Assembly (NCBI GenBank): GCA_964291275.2
Contig: OZ219799.1
Location: forward strand, 2,585,145 to 2,649,144
Length of the DNA: 64,000 nucleotides
From: Rhodothermales bacterium
GTDB lineage: Bacteria > Bacteroidota > Rhodothermia > Rhodothermales > Bin80
Direction: 5' to 3'
The notes under the pieces are model-generated. The model was not told the origin of the DNA. It ran no database searches and saw only the letters and a program-made list of their open reading frames with translations. A program made the position numbers and the translations under genes. Positions within the stretch are counted from its first letter, which is position 1; each line of letters opens with the position of its first letter. Positions 57,309 through 64,000 of this stretch are shown here, piece by piece.

Positions 57309-58008
57309 AGAATGTGATATTACGAGCGAATAAGCGCTGTTGCCTCGACGGTAGTTGTAAGGTAACGCGGGAGGCTAACCGATAAGGCACCCATGCACCA
57401 TCAGGTCCAGGACGCAACTGGAGTTGGTAGTGGGATGTTTCTTCAAACAGAATTGTTTGGGTATGATTACGAAAGCTCAGTGAGACCAGCTTTCCGGAAG
57501 AATCATCAAACACGTAGGAGGCAGACTGGATGTCCTGATTGGCACCTGGTCGGGCTGTAACCGTGATCGCACGTGCAGGGTGGGACCAGTAATTGATGTC
57601 CTCTTGTATCTGATACGAAAATTCATCCTTGAACCGATCCAGTAGATACGCGGCTTCTTCTGGTATCATAACCGCCACCAAGGCAGGTAAACCTCCCGAA
57701 ACGGTAGAGTCCGAGCCCACGGCCATCACAGTCGTGCCTGACGAATCTATCTGTATCAGGCGTGTTGAAGAGTTGTACTCACGTCCTCCGCGGCCTTCTG
57801 TACGATCGTGTCGAATGTGAGGTCGCTCCAATACCTCAGAAAACGCGTTTGAAATATCGCTTGTCTGTGTGGAGGAGAGGATTTCGAGGATAGTATCAGC
57901 AGCTTCACGTTCTTCTGCACTCGGCGGTAGTAGGGGCGAGGAGCAGGTCGCGCTAGTGAGCAGGAAGATGAATAAACCAAACAGCAACCCCGTCCGTAGT
58001 TGAGCCAT
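57280..58008 (-). CDS. Hypothetical secreted protein or lipoprotein
   Basis: The likely start is MAQLRTGLLFGLFIFLLTSATCSS at 58008. No recognisable domain. It lies upstream of birA-coaX on the same strand. Confidence 0.5.
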   Translation of the reverse strand: MAQLRTGLLFGLFIFLLTSATCSSPLLPPSAEEREAADTILEILSSTQTSDISNAFSEVLERPHIRHDRTEGRGGREYNSSTRLIQIDSSGTTVMAVGSDSTVSGGLPALVAVMIPEEAAYLLDRFKDEFSYQIQEDINYWSHPARAITVTARPGANQDIQSASYVFDDSSGKLVSLSFRNHTQTILFEETSHYQLQLRPGPDGAWVPYRLASRVTLQLPSRQQRLFARNITFYGYITRPEG

Positions 58009-58522
58009 CGAACAACACATTAAATAAGAACTATATACTTGAGACACGCTTTCTGTTGTTATACGCAGCACTGAAAATATACTCTATATAGGCTCTTGAG
58101 TGTTTGTTTTTCGAACTTCGGTGACGGACCTAGGTAATCTGGATCCCTCCAAATCAAGGCTCCGTCGAAGGTCTGATGACAGTCCTGTTGGTGGAGTGGC
58201 ACGAGAAATAATTCACGGACCGACATGATCTGGCAAGAAAGCATATTAGGGAGTTTTGCAAGAAGCAGGCAGATTGTAATTCCCAAAATCAGTCCTACCA
58301 AGCGACTCACGGTGAGTCGGATATTTGCTATGAGAGATACGAGCAAATAATGTTTCCGGATACAGGATTGCCTGCCTCTGAATGGTAGCCGCTGCTTTGA
58401 ACCCAATAATGCCACCTAGCCTGTTTAGAGCAGTCCAGATATTCTTTGCTGAAATCTCACACATTTTTTGAGGAAGAAAGGAAATTTGATAGTATCCTTA
58501 AGCAAAGCGTTGTATCAGTGCC

Positions 58523-60853
58523 GTGGAAATGGATAGCGTATCTCCTGCACCTCTTCATGAAGTTACCGAAACAAGGTACCTGAGCTATGCCCTGTCGGTA
58601 ATCACCAGTAGGGCATTGCCGGACATTCGTGATGGGTTGAAACCGGTTCAGCGACGAATCCTGTTTGCCATGTTCACCGGGCTTCGTCTGTATCCCAATG
58701 CCCGTTACAGGAAAAGTGCCACGATTGTCGGGGATACCATGGGCAAGTATCATCCGCACGGTGATAGCGCTATCTACGACGCAATGGCGCGAATGGCGCA
58801 ATCGTTTGCATTGCGCGATCCGCTGGTTGATGGACATGGCAACTTTGGGTCAATCGATGGTGATAAGCCAGCTGCCATGCGGTACACAGAGGCGAAGCTG
58901 CTTCCATTGGCGATGACATTATTGGAAGAGTTACGTCAAAACACCGTTCCTTTCAGACCAAACTTTGACGGTACACTCTCAGAACCTGTAGTACTGCCTG
59001 CACGCGTCCCCAATTTACTTATCAACGGTGCAACGGGTATAGCGGTCGGAATGGCTACCAATATCCCGCCTCACAATCTTGGTGAGGTGGTGAGTGGGGC
59101 AATATATATGGTTGAAAGCCTGCTCAGACGCTCGGATCATTCCTGGCCAGATAATGCGTTGGATCGGCTACTTAAGCGATATATCCTGGGACCGGATTTT
59201 CCGACCGGGGGCAGGATGATGAATTCTAAGGAGGAGCTCCGCAAGATATACAAGAAAGGGGAGGGGACGATTGTGCTTCGAGGGACTTATCACGTCGAAG
59301 ACAAGTCAAAAGTGGTTATCACCTCCATTCCCTATGCGATCAATAAGAGCGATCTGGTCGAGAAGATCGCAAGTCATATTGCAGACGAACGTCTGCCACA
59401 ACTAACAGATATTCGCGACGAGTCCACTGAGGATATCCGGATTGTAATGGATCTGAAGCGTGGAGCTAGTGCCAAAGTAGCCATGGGATACTTGTTTAAG
59501 TATACGCCCATGCAATCCCGCTTCCATGTCAATATGACATGCCTCCTCCCCACTAAGAACCCACAGGTTTGTGAACCAAAGCGGGTTAATCTTCAGACAG
59601 CCTTAGAGCATTTTTTGCTCTTCAGAATGGAGGTGGTTACACGCCGACTACGACATGAGCTGAAGCAGTTAGAGGATCGAATTCACATTCTAGAAGGATT
59701 TGAGATCATTTTTGATGAGCTGGACGAAGCGATCAAGATCATTCGGGCGTCGAGAAACAAAGCTGATGGGGCGCAACGGTTGCGACACCGATTCATACTC
59801 AGTGAGGTCCAGGCAAATGCGATCCTTGAAACACGTCTGTACAAACTGTCACAGCTGGAAATAAATGCCGTACGGGAGGAACTTGAAACCAAGCGGGCAC
59901 GAGCACAGGAAATCCGTGATTTACTAGCAAATGAATTGGCCCGATGGAAAATAGTCCGCAGCGAGTTAAAACAGGTGCAACGGGATTTTTCCACCGAGCG
60001 ACGCACGATTCTTGAACCTGATGATGAGGCAGACTATGAATATTCCGAAGCAGATTTTATCGTTGACGAGGACGCTGTAGTTATTGTCACGCGTGCAGGC
60101 TGGATTAAAAGACAACGCTCGTACACTGACGTTCATTCTATCCGTGTGCGGGAGGGGGATGAAGTTGGGTGGGCGCTGGGAACAGGAACCCGCGCCAGTA
60201 TAGTGCTCTGGACTAATTTTGGAAAGGTCTATACGATAAGAGCTAACGATATTGTGAGTACAACAGGCCATGGCATCCCGCTGCAGAAGCTATTTGATTT
60301 TAGCGATAAGGAGTGCATTGTCGGGGCAACTTCATGTGATTCGCGGATACTGAGATCATCAAGGCTGGCAAAGGAGGAGGATGATGATGCGCCACTGGGG
60401 TACATGGTGGCTATTACATTGAAGGGCATGGCTGTTCGACGACCACTGGAGGCGCTAGCCGAGGTCTCCACACGCAAGGGACGATTGTGTGTACGGTTGG
60501 CCAAAGGGGACGAAGTAATTGGTGCATGGCCTGCTGTAGGAGATGAATTTGTTTGCGTAGCCTCCCGGAGTGGGCATGCATTAATATTTCCGGTTGAAGA
60601 AATTTCTCTCATCTCAGGTCCGGGAAAGGGGGTTATCGCTATGCGTATGGAATCTGGGGATACTCTAATTGGAGCGGCCTTGAGTGTAAATAAGCGGGAA
60701 GGACTTGCTGTAAAAACATCAAGGGGCCGTGAAGACATCGTTCGCCGAACCAAGTACAAACCCGCTCGCAGGGCCGGCAAAGGCTATCTGGTTATCCTGC
60801 ATGGAGAGCTGGTCGATGTTCCTCCTGAACCTGTCGAGGTCCCCCTACCATGA
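58523..60853 (+). CDS. Type IIA DNA topoisomerase subunit A, ParC-like
   Basis: Motifs seen: [38 protein letters not shown], and the active-site region [10 protein letters not shown]. The first C-terminal blade ([15 protein letters not shown]..) lacks a QRRGGKG GyrA box. Confidence 0.8.
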   Translation: MEMDSVSPAPLHEVTETRYLSYALSVITSRALPDIRDGLKPVQRRILFAMFTGLRLYPNARYRKSATIVGDTMGKYHPHGDSAIYDAMARMAQSFALRDPLVDGHGNFGSIDGDKPAAMRYTEAKLLPLAMTLLEELRQNTVPFRPNFDGTLSEPVVLPARVPNLLINGATGIAVGMATNIPPHNLGEVVSGAIYMVESLLRRSDHSWPDNALDRLLKRYILGPDFPTGGRMMNSKEELRKIYKKGEGTIVLRGTYHVEDKSKVVITSIPYAINKSDLVEKIASHIADERLPQLTDIRDESTEDIRIVMDLKRGASAKVAMGYLFKYTPMQSRFHVNMTCLLPTKNPQVCEPKRVNLQTALEHFLLFRMEVVTRRLRHELKQLEDRIHILEGFEIIFDELDEAIKIIRASRNKADGAQRLRHRFILSEVQANAILETRLYKLSQLEINAVREELETKRARAQEIRDLLANELARWKIVRSELKQVQRDFSTERRTILEPDDEADYEYSEADFIVDEDAVVIVTRAGWIKRQRSYTDVHSIRVREGDEVGWALGTGTRASIVLWTNFGKVYTIRANDIVSTTGHGIPLQKLFDFSDKECIVGATSCDSRILRSSRLAKEEDDDAPLGYMVAITLKGMAVRRPLEALAEVSTRKGRLCVRLAKGDEVIGAWPAVGDEFVCVASRSGHALIFPVEEISLISGPGKGVIAMRMESGDTLIGAALSVNKREGLAVKTSRGREDIVRRTKYKPARRAGKGYLVILHGELVDVPPEPVEVPLP

Positions 60854-62772
60854 GTTCTTATTCAGGGAGTGATATTGTTGTCCTAGAAGGCCTTGAAGCG
60901 GTACGCAAGCGTCCGGGCATGTATATCGGAGGTACGGGTAAGCCTGGTCTCCACCACCTGCTCTGGGAAATCGTTGATAACAGCGTAGACGAAACTGTAA
61001 ACGGATATGCGGACTGTATTGAAGTAACGCTCCACAAGGACGGTGCGAGCGCAACCGTTACCGATAATGGACGCGGCATTCCCGTAGATATACATCCAAA
61101 GAAGAAAATTCCTGCTCTGGAAGTCATCCTAACGACATTGCACTCCGGTGGCAAGTTCGAAGGTGATCAATATGTGACATCTGGTGGACTACATGGAGTA
61201 GGGGCCTCAGTCGTCAATGCATTGTCCAAAGAGTTGATAGCCAGAGTCAGGCGTGACGGGAAACTCTTTGAACAGCGGTTTGCGCGTGGGCGCAGAACAA
61301 GTAAGCTACTGGATCTAGGGAAACGTACACGCGAGACGGGTACGAGTATCTATTTCACTCCTGACCCAACAATTTTTGACTCGGTTAAGTTTGATGCTGT
61401 GCTCATATGTGAACAGCTCGAGATTAAAACCTATCTGAACCGGGGCCTGCGGATAATTTTTCGTGATGAGAGCACGGATAAAGAGGTTGAATTTGTGCAT
61501 GAAGGAGGGATCACCGAGTATCTGACCAATCTGGTAAAAGCAGGAGATACACCTGCGGTGCACTCGGATGTCTTTTCCATATTTCAGGACACACTGGAAA
61601 ATGGTATACGCCTGGAACTTGCCCTTCAGTGGACAGAATCAACCAGTGAATGTTTGCGCTCATATGTAAACGGTATTCCTACACGTGATGGTGGCACACA
61701 TGAGCAGGGATACAAGGATGCCGTTCGAACGGCAGTTCGCGCCTGGATGGATACGCACAATGCAATTCCCCGGGGATTGGACGTTACTCCCGATGACATA
61801 CGTGAGGGGCTTTTTGGTGTTATCAACATGTTTATGTCTGATCCTCAGTTCCAGGGGCAGACCAAGGATAAACTTAATAACCCTTCTGCACGCTCACTCG
61901 TAGCGGGTACTGTCCGTATAGCGCTTGAACAGTTTCTGAATACGCATCCAACAGCAAGCGACGCCATTGGTGGTCGCGTACTTCAGTCAGCACGGGCACG
62001 TCGGGCAAGCCGCGCAGCCGCACGGTCGGTACGCTCAAAGACCCGTCAGCACAGACGACTAACTCTGCCGGGAAAATTGGCGGATTGCTCTTCTATGGAT
62101 CCCACTGAGGGGGAGCTCTTTATTGTTGAAGGGGATTCAGCGGGTGGTTCAGCCAAGCAAGGCAGGGATCGAAAAACCCAGGCAGTGCTTCCGCTACGTG
62201 GTAAAGTGCTGAATGCAGAGCAAGCAACAACGAAAAAATTACTCGCTAATGCAGAGTTATCCAATGTGGTTCAGGCACTTGGCTGCGGCTTGGGAAAAAC
62301 GCTTGAGCTGGATAAACTACGCTATCATAAGGTGATCCTACTTATGGATGCGGATTCAGATGGACATCACATAGCTACGTTGTTACTGACTTTCCTCTAT
62401 CGATATATGCGTCCACTTATTGATCAAGGTCATGTATTTGTTGCAGAACCTCCTCTGTATCGATTGGATGCCGGTAAAGAAACTCACTGGGCCTTGGATG
62501 AAACTGAGAGACATCAGATCGAGCAACACTTGCAACGAAAAAATCCCCGTATTAAAATTGATGTGCAACGGTTCAAGGGACTGGGCGAAATGATGCCAAA
62601 AACCCTCAAGGAAACGACCTTGGACCCAGCCCGTCGTCGCCTCTTGAAGATCACAATACCCGAGAAGACACGAGCGGAAACCACCATTTCCGGACTAATG
62701 GGGCGTGATGCATCTGTACGCTACAGTTTCATCATGGAAAATGCGTATTTAGCGGAAGATCTAGACGTGTAG
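60850..62772 (+). CDS. Type IIA DNA topoisomerase subunit B (ParE/GyrB-like)
   Basis: Motifs seen: [32 protein letters not shown], the TOPRIM region [20 protein letters not shown], and [11 protein letters not shown]. It overlaps the subunit A stop (ATGA). Confidence 0.85.
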   Translation: MSSYSGSDIVVLEGLEAVRKRPGMYIGGTGKPGLHHLLWEIVDNSVDETVNGYADCIEVTLHKDGASATVTDNGRGIPVDIHPKKKIPALEVILTTLHSGGKFEGDQYVTSGGLHGVGASVVNALSKELIARVRRDGKLFEQRFARGRRTSKLLDLGKRTRETGTSIYFTPDPTIFDSVKFDAVLICEQLEIKTYLNRGLRIIFRDESTDKEVEFVHEGGITEYLTNLVKAGDTPAVHSDVFSIFQDTLENGIRLELALQWTESTSECLRSYVNGIPTRDGGTHEQGYKDAVRTAVRAWMDTHNAIPRGLDVTPDDIREGLFGVINMFMSDPQFQGQTKDKLNNPSARSLVAGTVRIALEQFLNTHPTASDAIGGRVLQSARARRASRAAARSVRSKTRQHRRLTLPGKLADCSSMDPTEGELFIVEGDSAGGSAKQGRDRKTQAVLPLRGKVLNAEQATTKKLLANAELSNVVQALGCGLGKTLELDKLRYHKVILLMDADSDGHHIATLLLTFLYRYMRPLIDQGHVFVAEPPLYRLDAGKETHWALDETERHQIEQHLQRKNPRIKIDVQRFKGLGEMMPKTLKETTLDPARRRLLKITIPEKTRAETTISGLMGRDASVRYSFIMENAYLAEDLDV

Positions 62773-62776
62773 GAGA

Positions 62777-63667
62777 CTAACGGCGGCTGGCTGCTGTAAT
62801 ACTGCCTCCGGCTACCAGAATCATACCAATCACGGACAGTACATTCGGGTAGTCGCCGAAGATCAATATTCCCCAACCCGCAGCAAACAGAATCTGAACA
62901 TAGCTAATCCCCATTGCTTTTGATGTCTGCTCCCGGTGCAGACTGCGGGTGAGAAAGACCTGGGCAATATGTGTAGCCACTCCCACACCGATTAACACCA
63001 GCCATTCGATAGAAGAAGGAGCGGTTGCATCAACGACCACAAACGGAATACACGCAAATATGGATATGAAGGAAAAATAGAAGACGATAACCGAGGCATG
63101 GTCCGTTTGACGCAGCTTACGAACGCTCACAAAAGCAAGCGCAGCTAAAAGCGCACCCAAGAGTCCCACTGCAACGGATGGGAGATGCTGCTCGTGAGCA
63201 ACACCGCTGAAGATAAATTCGGGTTGTACAACACATATGACGCCTATTATGCAAGCGAGCAATCCGGTGATTGTATATATCGACAAAGATTCCCGAAGAA
63301 GGATGGCTGCAATCACAGCTGCAAGACAGGGGGATGTGTAAAATAGTACCGTTGCTTCTGCCAGAGGCAGGGTAATGAGCGTCCAGAAGAAGCACATCAG
63401 TGCCCCAAAACCTGTAAGCCCCCGAATTATTAATAATTTTTTGTTGATACCCCACAGAGGAATACCAACCATGCGTACCCACCAGTAGCCCAGTACTGCC
63501 CCGACTCCACTCCTGAACAGAACAATCTGCCCCGTTGGGATCGTAGGGGCAACGAGCTTTGCCATCAACGACATGAGGCTGAAGAAAAATACAGCCACGA
63601 TCATGTATCGCAGCCCGACAGGAATCCAGATGAACCGCCGGATGGACAGCCCCTTGATTGATCGCAT
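62777..63667 (-). CDS. DMT superfamily (EamA-like) transporter
   Basis: About 10 hydrophobic segments and a duplicated EamA-like organisation. Confidence 0.7.
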   Translation of the reverse strand: MRSIKGLSIRRFIWIPVGLRYMIVAVFFFSLMSLMAKLVAPTIPTGQIVLFRSGVGAVLGYWWVRMVGIPLWGINKKLLIIRGLTGFGALMCFFWTLITLPLAEATVLFYTSPCLAAVIAAILLRESLSIYTITGLLACIIGVICVVQPEFIFSGVAHEQHLPSVAVGLLGALLAALAFVSVRKLRQTDHASVIVFYFSFISIFACIPFVVVDATAPSSIEWLVLIGVGVATHIAQVFLTRSLHREQTSKAMGISYVQILFAAGWGILIFGDYPNVLSVIGMILVAGGSITAASRR

Positions 63668-63844
63668 ATTATAGCGATAAAGATGTAGACCACACAGATT
63701 GCCTGAAATAGGTCAATTCTCGTGTGCGGGCAGTCACATTTACCCGGTTAGTCATCGTTATCGCTGCTGACCTTCACCGTGATTGGTTATGCTTCCGGTA
63801 TTCTCGGTGCGTATGTATGAGAAGCCACAGAGCTTTCTACGCTC

Positions 63845-64000
63845 TCACACAGTGATCGTATCAAGTAGGCGATCAACTAGATCGGTAACCGTGATACCGT
63901 CGGCCTCAGCGTTAAAATTGGCAATAACTCGATGACGGAGCACTGCGACAGCCAATGCCTGGACGTCGCTAACCAAGGGGGTCAACCTGCCATCCATCGC
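63845..64000 (-). CDS. MoxR-like AAA+ ATPase, C-terminal end (partial, continues beyond window)
   Basis: The minus-strand frame is open to the window edge: ..DGRLTPLVSDVQALAVAVLRHRVIANFNAEADGITVTDLVDRLLDTITV* . This resembles MoxR C-termini (VLRHR...NF.AEAEG). Confidence 0.5.
   Translation of the reverse strand, partial: AMDGRLTPLVSDVQALAVAVLRHRVIANFNAEADGITVTDLVDRLLDTITV

Noticed and set aside
58059-58415. 118-aa minus-strand ORF in the divergent spacer upstream of the topoisomerase genes
   Set aside because: It has no motifs and an odd composition, and it lies in what is probably the promoter region for both flanking operons. I could not support it as a gene.
1-64000. tRNA, rRNA, tmRNA or riboswitch elements in the intergenic spacers (for example upstream of metY and of the TonB-dependent receptor)
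   Set aside because: Nothing resembling tRNA T-arm/acceptor patterns, a SAM or B12 box, or rRNA was visible by eye. The metY leader is only about 48 nt. Absence is not proven without tRNAscan/Infernal.

Overview
This window looks like chromosomal DNA from an FCB-group bacterium (Bacteroidota, Rhodothermota or Balneolota-like). The lineage guess rests on a T9SS C-terminal sorting domain, CarboxypepD_reg-type TonB-dependent receptor architecture and several TonB_C proteins; it is inference only. About two thirds of the window is ordinary housekeeping and transport genes: ppk1, pdxH, ppk2, metY, birA, coaX, a ParC/ParE-like topoisomerase pair, an AbgT transporter, a PSMA-like M28 peptidase, a Rieske oxygenase, an aldo/keto reductase and others. 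The rest is an unusually dense and precisely resolvable graveyard of mobile elements, which is the most interesting content.

Nest 1 (4990..11122): a frameshifted ISL3-type element carries a group II intron (6130..10981). The intron is itself interrupted by an IS110-family element and by an IS4-family element. The IS4 element sits in the intron domain VI loop and has a perfect 10-bp target-site duplication (TSD).

Nest 2 (34838..39444): a second copy of the same ISL3-type element is interrupted by a different ISL3 element. That element is in turn interrupted by a 1.9-kb IS5-like element. All junctions and TSDs are readable.

Other mobile-element observations:
- A 2.3-kb IS256-like element (1040..3351) has an 8-bp TSD that contains a gene's start codon, and it carries a second, catalytically dead transposase paralog.
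- An ISL3 insertion (27399..28804) splits a tightly spaced gene pair at its 4-nt junction.
- The IS110-family element has about 255 nt of 3' non-coding sequence closed by a 19-bp stem. I flag this as a candidate bridge/seek RNA.
- An unexplained 146-bp tandem repeat with a perfectly conserved 65-nt core lies downstream of a GC-rich, probably acquired, PQQ-dehydrogenase gene.

I found no rRNA, tRNA or CRISPR array by eye. All coordinates of inverted repeats (IRs), TSDs and stems were read directly from the sequence. All family assignments are motif recognition without any database search.
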